From NCBI GenBank assembly GCA_964585855.1, contig CAZPFK010000008.1, positions 1 to 62,469 on the forward strand: a stretch of DNA of 62,469 nt. The letters run 5' to 3'. Shown here one piece after another: positions 25,292-37,376 of the stretch (the first letter of the stretch is position 1; the number at the start of each line of letters is the position of its first letter). The notes under the pieces were generated by a model, which searched no databases, was not told where the DNA came from, and saw only the letters and a program-made list of their open reading frames with translations. Source of the stretch: an uncultured Vicinamibacteraceae bacterium. Lineage in GTDB: Bacteria; Planctomycetota; Phycisphaerae; Phycisphaerales; UBA5793. The position numbers were made by a program, and so were the translations under genes.

Positions 25292-25734
25292 GCGGCGGGG
25301 AGTGGTATCGCGGGGGGCTTCGTTTTCAATGCACGCAGTGCGGGAACTGCTGTTCGGGGCCGGAGGGATATGTCGCGTTTTCGGATGCTGAGGCGGAGGC
25401 GATGGCAGCGCACTTCGGACTGAGCGTGGCGGAGTTCGAGTCGAAGTATGTGCATCGCGTGCGCGGCATCCGCTCGCTGAAGGAGCGGAAGACGGAGCAC
25501 GGGCGGGACTGCATCTTCCTGGATCGTGAGAGCCAGCCGGGGAAGGCGTTGTGCTCGATCTACGAGGTTCGTCCGCAACAGTGCCGGACGTGGCCTTTCT
25601 GGCCTGAGAATCTGCGGAGCGAGGGGGCGTGGGCGAGGGCGGCGCGGGGGTGTCCGGGGATGAATGAAGGGACGCTGGTTCCGGTTGAGTTGATCCGGAT
25701 TATCCGGGATTCGAATCCGCCCGACCCGTTGTGA
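25288..25734 (+). CDS. YkgJ-family cysteine-cluster protein (UPF0153)
   Basis: FQCTQCGNCCSG ... C..YEVRPQQCRTWPFWP. The start overlaps the nrdR stop (GTGA). Confidence 0.8.
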   Translation: MSGGEWYRGGLRFQCTQCGNCCSGPEGYVAFSDAEAEAMAAHFGLSVAEFESKYVHRVRGIRSLKERKTEHGRDCIFLDRESQPGKALCSIYEVRPQQCRTWPFWPENLRSEGAWARAARGCPGMNEGTLVPVELIRIIRDSNPPDPL

Positions 25735-25844
25735 CAGGGGCGTGTGCGGTTGTCCGGAGTGGCCGTGCGACCTATTTTTCAGTTCCTTTCGTGCGGTTCC
25801 GGGGATCCGCATGCAGTCCAGCCCATTTACGGAGATCGAGGCCT

Positions 25845-26792
25845 ATGGCCAGCAATGATGTCATGGAGATGATGATCGGCGGTTCGGGTAAGACGGTGGC
25901 CCGGGATGCCGATGCAGCGCGGATGCACATGGTCTCGGCTGAAAACGCGGAGCGGAAGGGCGATCGACCGGGGGCGATCGATGAACTGCGCAAGGCGATG
26001 CAGTTTGACCCGTCGAACACGGAGTGCCTGTTCCGGCTGGCGTACCTTCTTGATCTGTACGGTGAAGAGAATGAGGCGCTGGCACTGTATGAGCAGTGCG
26101 TGGAGCAGCAGCCCGCCCATGTGAACGCGCTGATGAACCTGGCGATCTGCTACGAGGACCGGGGGTATTACCGGCGGGCGGAGAAGTGTCTGCGGCAGAT
26201 TCTGGAGACGAACCCGAATCACGCGCGGGCGCGGCTGTTCATGAAGGATGTGCTGGCGTCGTTTGAGATGGAAATCGATGATGACGCTGAGAAGGGCGTC
26301 GGCAAGCGCAATGCGCTGCTGGACACGCCGGTCAACGACTTCGAGCTTTCGGTGCGATCCCGGAACTGTCTGAAGAAGATGAACATCCGCACGCTGGGCG
26401 ATCTGCTCCGCATCACGGAGGCGGAACTGCTCAGCTACAAGAACTTCGGCGAGACGAGTCTGCAGGAAATCCGGGACATGCTCGCCTCGAAGAATCTGCG
26501 TCTGGGCCAGGGCCTCGATGAGCAGCACGATTCGGTGCTGCGGGAGGTCTATGACCGGGTGCGGGGGACCGACCAGGAGGGGATGCTGACAAAGCCCGTC
26601 TCCGATCTTGAACTCTCGGTGCGGGCGCGCAAGGCGCTGCAGGTGCTGGGGATTCACACGATTGGCGATCTGTGCGCCCGGACGGAGGCGGAGCTTCTGG
26701 GCGTGAAGAATTTCGGTTCTACGAGTCTCAACGAGGTGCTGGAGAAGCTGACGGCGATGGGGCTGTCGCTGCGGGACATCAACGGCGAGTGA
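25845..26792 (+). CDS. TPR protein fused to two RNA polymerase alpha-subunit C-terminal domains
   Basis: TPR helices (FRLAYLLDLYGEENEALALYEQCV..., NLAICYEDRGYYRRAEKCLRQIL). Then two copies of the alpha-CTD signature: PVNDFELSVRSRNCLKKMNIRTLGDLLRITEAELLSYKNFGETSLQEIRDMLAS and PVSDLELSVRARKALQVLGIHTIGDLCARTEAELLGVKNFGSTSLNEVLEKL. ATG 25845 is preferred over the ORF-track start 25731. Confidence 0.85.
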   Translation: MASNDVMEMMIGGSGKTVARDADAARMHMVSAENAERKGDRPGAIDELRKAMQFDPSNTECLFRLAYLLDLYGEENEALALYEQCVEQQPAHVNALMNLAICYEDRGYYRRAEKCLRQILETNPNHARARLFMKDVLASFEMEIDDDAEKGVGKRNALLDTPVNDFELSVRSRNCLKKMNIRTLGDLLRITEAELLSYKNFGETSLQEIRDMLASKNLRLGQGLDEQHDSVLREVYDRVRGTDQEGMLTKPVSDLELSVRARKALQVLGIHTIGDLCARTEAELLGVKNFGSTSLNEVLEKLTAMGLSLRDINGE

Positions 26793-26843
26793 GCCTCCGT
26801 CGCTTCCTGTGGAACGGCGCGGCGGTGAGGCTACGCTGGCGGC

Positions 26844-29168
26844 GTGGCGAATCTGTTTGAGCATGACGATGGGGAAGGCCGGCGTTTTGCCGTAGTCATT
26901 CCTGAACGCGCGCTGGACTCATCCGGTCTGACGTATGCGATACCGGATTCGCTTGCCGATCTGCGGGTGGGCGAGCGGGTCGTGGTTCCGCTTGGGCGCG
27001 GCAACAAGCCCGCGGCGGCGTTTGTGGTGCGGGTGGATGTCGAGCCGGAAATCGATCGAAGTCGGATCAAGGCGATTGCGGAGCGCTCGAGCAGCCCGAT
27101 CCGGCTGACGGGGGAACTGCTCGAACTGGCGCGGTGGCTTTCGGGGTACTACTGCTGTCCGCTGGGCACGGTGCTGGGAACGGTCGTTCCGGCGGCGGTG
27201 AAGAAGGGGATCGGCCGGAAGCAGACGCGGCTGGTGACGCTGACGGAGGCGGGGCGGGCAGTCCTTGCGGGAGATGAGGGTGCGGCGAAGGTGACGGCCC
27301 TGCAGCGCCGGGCGCTGGAGGTGTGCGTCGACGCGCCGGACGGCCTTGAAGTGCAGGATGTGCTCGCAGCGGCCGGGGCGAAGACGGCGGGCCCGGTGAC
27401 GAAACTGGTTGCGGCGGGACTGCTGGCGTACTCATCGAAGTCGGTGGTGCGGGCGGCGTGGGAGGAGTTTGAGACGGAGCCGCCGGTTGCGGTGACGCTG
27501 ACCGAGGCGCAGCGGCAGGCGGTGGAGGCGATCGACGCGGAAGTCGGCGGCGGCTTCAGCGTGCATGTGCTCTTTGGGGTCACGGGGAGCGGGAAGACGG
27601 AGGTCTACCTGCATCTGCTGGAGCGGTGCCTGGCCGAGGGGGGATCGGCGATCGTGCTCGTGCCGGAGATCTCGCTGACGCCGCAGACGGTTCGCCGGTT
27701 CGGGGCGCGGTTTCCGGAGGCGGTGGCGGTTCTGCACAGCGGGCTGACCGAGGCGCAGCGGCATGCGGAGTGGAGCCGGGTTGCGGCCGGGGAGGCGCGG
27801 GTGGTGGTGGGGGCGAGGTCGGCGGTGTTTGCGCCGCTTCCCGAGGGCGTGCTGCGGCTGATGATCGTCGATGAGGAGCATGACTCCTCGTACAAGCAGG
27901 ACCAGGCGCCGCGGTATCACGCGCGGGATGTGGCGATCAAACGGGCGCAGCAGGCGGGGGCGACGGTGGTGCTTGGTTCGGCGACGCCGGCGCTTGAGAC
28001 CTGGTGCAATGCGCAGGAGCGGGGGCTGTTTCGCTGGCATGAACTGATGCAGCGTGTGCCGGGTGCGACTCTGCCTGCGGTGACGATCGTTGACCTGCGG
28101 GAGGAGTTGCGATCGCTGCGGAAACGCGATCAGCGGGTTCACCTGATCGGGCCGACGCTGGAGCGGGCGCTGCGGGAGACGGTGGCGAGCGGTCGGCAGG
28201 CGATGCTGCTGCTGAACCGGCGTGGCTATGCGAACTACATCGCCTGTCCGGATCAGGGATGCGGCTGGGTGATGTACTGCGAGCAGTGCGATGCGGCGAT
28301 GGTGTTTCACAGGGATCGGGCTTTGCCGCGCGGGGGGTACGTGCGGTGCCACCACTGCCTCGCGCAGCAGTTGTTGCCGGAGCTGTGTCCGACGTGCGGC
28401 AAGCGCATCGTGACGTTCGGGCTCGGGACGCAGCGGATCGAGGAGGAGGTGCTGCGCATTCTTCCGGAAACGGTGGGCATGGAGGCGGTGCTGCGGATGG
28501 ATTCAGACACGATGCAGCGAGCGGGCGATTACATTCGGGCGCTGGATCGGTTTCGCCGGGGTGAGGTACAGGTGCTGCTGGGAACGCAGATGATCGCCAA
28601 GGGGCTGGACTTTCCGAATGTCACGCTGGTGGGGGTGGTCAATGCGGACACTGCGCTGAACCTGCCTGACTTCCGTGCTTCGGAGCGGACGTACCAGCTG
28701 GTGGCGCAGGTGGCGGGGCGGAGCGGGCGCGGCGCGAGGGCGGGGCAGGTGATCGTGCAGACGTTTCAACCCAACGACCCGGCGATCGGCTTTGCCGCTC
28801 GACACGATTATCGCGGATTCGCGACGCGCGAGCTGGAGATTCGCCGGGAGGCGTGGCTGCCGCCTCTGGTTCGGATGGCGCGGCTGGTCGTCCGTGAGAA
28901 AGATCATGAGAAGGCGTCGGCCCGGGCGGAGGCGCTGGCGGAACGCCTGAGGACGCTGGCCGATGAGCATCGAGGTGGTCGGATGGAGGTCTTCGGGCCG
29001 GCGCCGTGCCCGATCTCGCGGATCAGCGGATACTGGCGGATGGCCATTGACGTCATGGCGGAGCGGGCGGGGCTGATCCAGGAGGCGCTGACGCGGCTGC
29101 GCAACGAGGGGCTGGCGACCTCGGACCACGCGACGGCGATCGACGTTGACCCCGTGGCGCTGCTGTGA
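26844..29168 (+). CDS. priA: Primosomal protein N' (replication restart helicase)
   Basis: GVTGSGKTEVY Walker A, DEEHD, the Cys-rich zinc insertion (CPDQGC...CEQC...CHHC...CPTCG) and helicase C motifs. Confidence 0.95.
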   Translation: MANLFEHDDGEGRRFAVVIPERALDSSGLTYAIPDSLADLRVGERVVVPLGRGNKPAAAFVVRVDVEPEIDRSRIKAIAERSSSPIRLTGELLELARWLSGYYCCPLGTVLGTVVPAAVKKGIGRKQTRLVTLTEAGRAVLAGDEGAAKVTALQRRALEVCVDAPDGLEVQDVLAAAGAKTAGPVTKLVAAGLLAYSSKSVVRAAWEEFETEPPVAVTLTEAQRQAVEAIDAEVGGGFSVHVLFGVTGSGKTEVYLHLLERCLAEGGSAIVLVPEISLTPQTVRRFGARFPEAVAVLHSGLTEAQRHAEWSRVAAGEARVVVGARSAVFAPLPEGVLRLMIVDEEHDSSYKQDQAPRYHARDVAIKRAQQAGATVVLGSATPALETWCNAQERGLFRWHELMQRVPGATLPAVTIVDLREELRSLRKRDQRVHLIGPTLERALRETVASGRQAMLLLNRRGYANYIACPDQGCGWVMYCEQCDAAMVFHRDRALPRGGYVRCHHCLAQQLLPELCPTCGKRIVTFGLGTQRIEEEVLRILPETVGMEAVLRMDSDTMQRAGDYIRALDRFRRGEVQVLLGTQMIAKGLDFPNVTLVGVVNADTALNLPDFRASERTYQLVAQVAGRSGRGARAGQVIVQTFQPNDPAIGFAARHDYRGFATRELEIRREAWLPPLVRMARLVVREKDHEKASARAEALAERLRTLADEHRGGRMEVFGPAPCPISRISGYWRMAIDVMAERAGLIQEALTRLRNEGLATSDHATAIDVDPVALL

Positions 29169-31870
<2,702 letters not shown>

Positions 31871-31923
31871 CGGGGGACGGCTAGAATTGGCCTTGCTGCG
31901 GAAAGCCCCGGAGGATTGGGACG

Positions 31924-32565
31924 TTGAGGTTTTCGACACCGACGCCGATAGCGGGCCTGATCAGCGGCGGCGGCCGGACGCTTGCCAACCTCGAGGAGGC
32001 GCGTCGCCGCGGCGACCTTGCAATCGAGATTCCGCTGGTCATTTGCTCGAATCCGCATGCAGGCGGCCTGGAGCGATGCCGCGACCTGGGTCTGTCCTGC
32101 CTGGTGCTGTCGCCGTCGGAGTTTGCCGATACGCGCCGTTTCAGCGAGGCGATCTTCGAGGCGGTGCGCGGGGCGGGTGCGGAACTGGTCTGCCTGGCGG
32201 GGTTTCTGCGGCGAATCGAGATTCCGGTCGATTACGCGGGGCGGATCTTGAACATCCATCCCTCGCTGCTGCCCGAATTCGGTGGAGTGGGAATGTACGG
32301 CGATCGGGTTCACCGGGCGGTGCTGGCGGCGGGGCGGCAGGAGTCGGGATGCACGGTGCACTACGTGACCGATGAGTACGACGCGGGGCCGATCATTCTG
32401 CAGCGCCGGTGCGCTGTAGAGCCGGGCGATACGGTTTCGACGCTGGCGGCACGGGTCTTTGCGCTGGAGTGCGAGGCATATCCGGAGGCGATCCGGCGAG
32501 TGATTTCGGGAGAGTCGCGGTTTACGGCCGATGATCCGAGGGCGTGCAGCGGAGGGAGGCGATGA
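31924..32565 (+). CDS. purN: Phosphoribosylglycinamide formyltransferase
   Basis: SGGGRTL, CLAGFLR, NIHPSLLP and H...D catalytic pattern. TTG start. Confidence 0.9.
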   Translation: MRFSTPTPIAGLISGGGRTLANLEEARRRGDLAIEIPLVICSNPHAGGLERCRDLGLSCLVLSPSEFADTRRFSEAIFEAVRGAGAELVCLAGFLRRIEIPVDYAGRILNIHPSLLPEFGGVGMYGDRVHRAVLAAGRQESGCTVHYVTDEYDAGPIILQRRCAVEPGDTVSTLAARVFALECEAYPEAIRRVISGESRFTADDPRACSGGRR

Positions 32566-34055
32566 CTCGATTTCGGCTGATCCTGGCGGCGGCGATGCTG
32601 GCTGTGAGCGTGTCTGCGCGAGGGCAGACGACCGACGGCGGGGCGGCGGAGCCCGTGTCGCCTGAGCAGATCGTGGAGTGGCACGAGGAGTTCGTGGGGC
32701 TGTATCGGCAGGAGAAGTACTCCGAGTGCCTGCCGGTGCTGCTGAAGATTCTGGAAGCGAACCCCGAGGACACGATTGCGCTGTACAACGCAGCGTGTGT
32801 GCAGATCAAACTCGGAAACCGCGAGAAGGCGGTGAGTCTGCTGGAAGCGGCGGTCTATGCGGGCTTCGTTGACTTCGAGGAGATGAAGCGTGACCCGGAT
32901 CTCGAGCCGGTTCGTGAGCATCCGCGGTATCTGGCGCTGATTGCGGCGATCGACGAGGCGCGGGAGCGGGCGGCAGGGGACCTGGAGGGGTTTGCGCGGA
33001 ATCTGCTGGGGCCGCGGGCGATCTATGAGAAGGATGAGCAGCTGAAGCTGGTGTATGCGACGAACCTGAGCCCGGAGGCGTTCGGGCGGATGCGGAGCAT
33101 CATCGACCGACAGTCGGCGTGGCAGATTGAGCACCTGTTCGATGCGCCGCCGGACTCATACGTGCTGCTGATGGTTCCGGACCAGGCGCAGGCGGACCGG
33201 ATTCTGCAGTCGGTGCGGGTCGGGGGGTATTACGACCATGACAGCCGGCGGCTGGTGACGCGGGAGATCGGCCCGTCGCTTCGGCACGAGATCACGCACG
33301 CGCTGCATCATGCGCAGATGGACCGCCTGGGGCAGCGGCACCCGATGTGGCTGCAGGAGGGGCTGGCGTCGCTCTTTGAGATGTATGACCTGGAGGCGGA
33401 CGGGACGCTTCGTGCGGAGGACAACACCCGCATGAACATCGTGATCAATCTGCACCGGGTCAACGGTCTGCACGAGTGGTCAGCGCTCTTTGCCGAGGAT
33501 GACCGGGCGTTCTTCGATGCTCGGGTAAGCGCGAAGTATGCGCAGACGCGTGCGATCTTTCAGTTCTTCCTTGAGCGGGGTGTGCTTGTCGAGTGGTACC
33601 GGGCCTACATCGAGGGCTACGACGAGGATGCGACGGGGCTTGCGGCAACGAAGCGGGTTTTCGGAGCGGAGGTCTCCGAGGTCCAGCAGCAGTTCCGGGA
33701 GTGGATCGCCCAGCGGGAGAAGGTCCCGGAGAAGATCGCCGATGGAGAGCCGGCGCTTGGACTGTGGGTGATGGATCAGCAGGCCAACGACGGCGTGCAG
33801 ATCGTGGGTGTCCACGAGGGTGGGGCGGCCCGGCAGGCGGCGGTGCGGGGGATGGAGGTAATCACCGCAATCGACGGCGAGCCGGTCTTCTCCGTGGAGG
33901 AACTGGTCGCAGAGGTATCGCGCCGGTCGGAGGGGGATGAGGTGACGCTGCGGCTGCGGCAGGGAATCCGCATTCGGGAGGTCGTGGTGCGGCTGGCGCC
34001 GGTGCGCGTGCCGCGACATCCTCCGGATCGGGTTGAGCCGGGCGTTCCGGTCTGA
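32562..34055 (+). CDS. Secreted TPR + HEXXH metallopeptidase-like (DUF1570-like) + PDZ protein
   Basis: Signal peptide MTRFRLILAAAMLAVSVSARG, TPR helices, HEITHALHH zincin motif, and a C-terminal PDZ (GVQIVGVHEGGAARQAAVRGMEVITAIDGEPV). The ATG overlaps the purN stop (ATGA). Confidence 0.7.
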   Translation: MTRFRLILAAAMLAVSVSARGQTTDGGAAEPVSPEQIVEWHEEFVGLYRQEKYSECLPVLLKILEANPEDTIALYNAACVQIKLGNREKAVSLLEAAVYAGFVDFEEMKRDPDLEPVREHPRYLALIAAIDEARERAAGDLEGFARNLLGPRAIYEKDEQLKLVYATNLSPEAFGRMRSIIDRQSAWQIEHLFDAPPDSYVLLMVPDQAQADRILQSVRVGGYYDHDSRRLVTREIGPSLRHEITHALHHAQMDRLGQRHPMWLQEGLASLFEMYDLEADGTLRAEDNTRMNIVINLHRVNGLHEWSALFAEDDRAFFDARVSAKYAQTRAIFQFFLERGVLVEWYRAYIEGYDEDATGLAATKRVFGAEVSEVQQQFREWIAQREKVPEKIADGEPALGLWVMDQQANDGVQIVGVHEGGAARQAAVRGMEVITAIDGEPVFSVEELVAEVSRRSEGDEVTLRLRQGIRIREVVVRLAPVRVPRHPPDRVEPGVPV

Positions 34056-34073
34056 GGACGGAATGTGGAGGGT

Positions 34074-35345
34074 TCAGCCGGTGTAGCGGCCGAAGGCGAG
34101 GGAGACGTTGTGTCCGCCGAAGCCGAAGCTGTTGTTGAGGGCGTAGCGGATGGGGCGTTCCTTGGCGGTCTTGGGGGCAAAATCGAGGCCGAACTGGGCC
34201 TCGGCGCGGTCGAGGTTGGCGGTGGGGGGCGCGACCTGATGCTGAATGGCCTTCATGACGGCGATGGTTTCGATGCCGCCCGAGGCACCCAGGGTGTGGC
34301 CGGTGACGCCTTTGGTGGATGAAACAACCATGTTTTTGACGGCATGGTCGCTGAAGACGCGGCGGATGGCGGTGACTTCGGCGGCGTCGCCCAGGGGCGT
34401 CGAGGTTCCGTGGGCGTTGATGTAGTCGATCTGGTCGGGGTTGAGGCGACCATCGCGGAGGGCCAGGGACATGGCGCGGGCGGCGCCGAGGCCCTCTGGA
34501 TCGGGGGCGGTGAGGTGGCCGGCATCGCCTGAGGAGCCGTAGCCGAGAATCTCGGCGTAGATCTTTGCCCCACGGGCCTTTGCGTGCTCGAGTTCCTCGA
34601 GGACGATGATGCCGGCTCCCTCGGCAAGGACGAAGCCGTCGCGATCGACGTCGAAGGGACGAGAGGCGGCGTTGGGGTCGTCGTTTCGCGTGGAAAGGGC
34701 CTTCATGACCATGAAGCCGGCCATGCAGAGCGGGGTCATGGCGGCCTCTGCGCCGCCGGTGACCATGACATCGGCATCCCCGTCCTGGATCAGCTGGAAG
34801 GCGTCGCCGATGGCGTGGGCGGCGGAGGCGCAGGCGGTGGCGGGGGCGGAGTTGGGCCCCTTGAGGCCGAAGTGGATGGAGGTATTGCCGGAGGCGGCGT
34901 TGACCATGAGCTTGGGGACGAGGAAGGGGGTCACCCGGTCGGGGCCCTTCTGGTCCATTTTGTGCATGTAATCTTCGATGGTCTGGACGCCGCCGACTCC
35001 GGAGCCGATGACGACGCCGCAGCGATAGGGGTCTTCCTTGGAGAAGTCGAGACCCGAATCCTGCACGGCCTCGATGGCCGCGTAGACCCCCAGGGCGGAG
35101 AAGCGGTCCACGCGCTTGAGCATGGAGTGTTCAAGGCGATCAGAGCCGTCCCAGTTGAGGACGGTTCCGCCGAACTTGGTGCTCCACTTCGGGCCCTGGA
35201 ACTGCTCGATGGGGGTCATGTTGGGCCGGCCCTCGACGAGGTTCTGCCACACCTCGTCGACGGTCCTGCCGACGTTGCAGATGACACCGAGTCCGGTGAC
35301 GACGATGCGACGCTGATCAGGCATGCGTGGTGAATCCAAAGCCAA
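34074..35345 (-). CDS. fabF: Beta-ketoacyl-ACP synthase II
   Basis: Active-site context ATACASAAHAIG, HGTSTPLGD and GHTLGASG. Confidence 0.95.
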   Translation of the reverse strand: MALDSPRMPDQRRIVVTGLGVICNVGRTVDEVWQNLVEGRPNMTPIEQFQGPKWSTKFGGTVLNWDGSDRLEHSMLKRVDRFSALGVYAAIEAVQDSGLDFSKEDPYRCGVVIGSGVGGVQTIEDYMHKMDQKGPDRVTPFLVPKLMVNAASGNTSIHFGLKGPNSAPATACASAAHAIGDAFQLIQDGDADVMVTGGAEAAMTPLCMAGFMVMKALSTRNDDPNAASRPFDVDRDGFVLAEGAGIIVLEELEHAKARGAKIYAEILGYGSSGDAGHLTAPDPEGLGAARAMSLALRDGRLNPDQIDYINAHGTSTPLGDAAEVTAIRRVFSDHAVKNMVVSSTKGVTGHTLGASGGIETIAVMKAIQHQVAPPTANLDRAEAQFGLDFAPKTAKERPIRYALNNSFGFGGHNVSLAFGRYTG

Positions 35346-35471
35346 TGGAAAGGGAGTGGAGAGCTGGGAAGCGGCGCGGGGGAGCGGAACATCCGGGGCG
35401 CGGCCTGGCGAGGGCCGGCACGGTCAGGCCGGGGGGACTCTCCGAAACGCACACAGCCAGGGGCCTCCCGG

Positions 35472-35723
35472 TTATTCGGCGCTAGCAGCGGCCTTCTTGA
35501 TGAAATCGATGGCCTGACCGACGGTCTGGATGTTTTCGGCCTCTTCGTCGGGGATGGAGGTCTCGAACTCGTCTTCGAGCTCCATGACCAGCTCGACGGT
35601 GTCGAGACTGTCAGCGTTGAGATCGTTGACGAAGCTGGTTTCAGGCGTGATCTGGCTCTTGTCCACGCCCATCTGCTCCGCCACGATATTGATCACTTTT
35701 TCCCTGATTTCAGCGTCAGTCAC
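35472..35723 (-). CDS. acpP: Acyl carrier protein
   Basis: [16 protein letters not shown] phosphopantetheine Ser motif. The GTG start at 35723 follows GAGGAG; the ORF-track start 35834 is too long. Confidence 0.95.
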   Translation of the reverse strand: MTDAEIREKVINIVAEQMGVDKSQITPETSFVNDLNADSLDTVELVMELEDEFETSIPDEEAENIQTVGQAIDFIKKAAASAE

Positions 35724-35900
35724 GACTGTACTCCTCAAAAGAGAACGGTGGGGTTGTTGAGAATTGCCTTGGTGGGATCCAACCCCGTTTCGGGGCCGGG
35801 AAATATAGCCTGCAGGGGCAGAAGTCACAAGCAAAGACTGGGAAGGGAAGCGTTTTCACATCGAAATCGATGGTTGCATTGAACAATCGAGGGCAAGGGG

Positions 35901-36638
35901 TCACATGGCCATGCCGCCATCCACACAGATGACCTGACCGGTAATATAGCCGCCGTCATCGGAGCACAGAAATGCCGTGGTCGCGGCGATCTCTTCAGGT
36001 TTTCCGAAGCGTCGCAGGGCGGTTGCACTTCGGGCTTCATCCTTGACCGAATCGGGCAGATCGGCGGTCATGTCGGTCTCGATAAAGCCGGGGGCGACGA
36101 CATTGGCGGTGATGCCCTTGCCGCCGAATTCCTTGGCGACGGACTTCGTGAAGCCGATGAGGGCGGCCTTGGAGGCAGCGTAGTTGGCCTGCCCCGGCCG
36201 GCCGATGACGCCGGAGACCGAACCGATGTTGACAAGCCGGCCGAAGCGGCCGCTCATCATGGGTCGGACGGCGGCACGGGTGGCGGCGAAGGCGGAGCGG
36301 AGGTTGACGCGGATCACGTCATCCCAATCCTCGTCGGACATGCGCAGAAGCAGGCCGTCGCGGGTGATGCCGGCGTTGTTGACCAGAATGTCGAGGCGGC
36401 CGAGATCCTTTGCCACGGAGGTGACCAGGTCGCCCAGGGCGGTGGAGTCACCGACGTCGCAGGTGCGGACGGAGGCGGTCCCTCCTGCGGCGGCGATGGA
36501 GTCTGCGAGGGTCTGGAGATCCTTTTCTGATCGGCTGACAAGGACGACGTGGCGTCCGTCCCGGGCCAGGCGCTGCGAGATGGCGCGGCCGATGCCTCGG
36601 CTTGCTCCCGTGACGATGGCCACCCGTTGTTCGGTCAT
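35901..36638 (-). CDS. fabG: 3-oxoacyl-ACP reductase
   Basis: TGASRGIG, NNAG and the YAASKAA SDR triad. ATG 36638 (MTEQRVAIVTG). Confidence 0.95.
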   Translation of the reverse strand: MTEQRVAIVTGASRGIGRAISQRLARDGRHVVLVSRSEKDLQTLADSIAAAGGTASVRTCDVGDSTALGDLVTSVAKDLGRLDILVNNAGITRDGLLLRMSDEDWDDVIRVNLRSAFAATRAAVRPMMSGRFGRLVNIGSVSGVIGRPGQANYAASKAALIGFTKSVAKEFGGKGITANVVAPGFIETDMTADLPDSVKDEARSATALRRFGKPEEIAATTAFLCSDDGGYITGQVICVDGGMAM

Positions 36639-36692
36639 TCGCTGGGGTCCTGTGTGAGAGGCTGAGTGCAATGGGGGGCGGGCGATGTGGAC

Positions 36693-37376
36693 TTATCCAC
36701 CTTCGCTGGGCTGTGTGGGCTGGGGAATGCGCCGGCGCGGGTCGCGGGGATTGCTGTCGGGCTGGGGACGAGTTCTGCCGGTCGGCGTGGCGGAGTCGGC
36801 GTCGATGTCCTCGAGGGGAACCGTTGCGGCCGGGCTCTCCGCGAGGGTGAAGGAGGGTTCGAAGATGAGACTGGTGCCACGGCTGCGACCGGTCCAGGCG
36901 AGGTTCATGGCGGAGCCGTCACGCATGACGATGCGGAAGCCCATGTCCACGGTGGAGCCGGCGCCGGCGACTTCGCTGATGACCAGGGCGTTGATGTCCT
37001 GATTCTCAGAGGGCCAGTGGCCTTCTTCCTGGAGGTTTTCAAGGACTTCGCGGCTGGTGGCGTCGAGCATGGGGGAAAGCGCTTCAGCATCGCCCCGGAC
37101 GAAGGCGTCGGCAAAGCGGAAGGAGGCCTCCATCTGCTCGCGGGTGCAGCCGACGTACTCGGCGTTGGAAAGGTCCACGCGGGGGTCGAGGGTCATGGTG
37201 GAGGCGACGGACTGCCACTCAGGGGTGACGGGGCCGGTATCGCGGGGGACGGGCTTGGGGGGAGGCGGCGGGGGCTCTTCCTTCTTGCAGGAGACGTTGA
37301 GCGTCAGGGTCGCAAGAGCGGCAGCGAGCGTGAGCGATCTGAGGACCGGTCGGCGTTCAGGGCTGGGGCGTGTCAT
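36693..37376 (-). CDS. Hypothetical lipoprotein-like protein inside the fab cluster
   Basis: N-terminal LAAALATLTLNVSC (weak lipobox) followed by a poly-Pro linker (KKEEPPPPPPKPVP). Overlaps the fabD 3' end by 20 nt. Confidence 0.55.
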   Translation of the reverse strand: MTRPSPERRPVLRSLTLAAALATLTLNVSCKKEEPPPPPPKPVPRDTGPVTPEWQSVASTMTLDPRVDLSNAEYVGCTREQMEASFRFADAFVRGDAEALSPMLDATSREVLENLQEEGHWPSENQDINALVISEVAGAGSTVDMGFRIVMRDGSAMNLAWTGRSRGTSLIFEPSFTLAESPAATVPLEDIDADSATPTGRTRPQPDSNPRDPRRRIPQPTQPSEGG

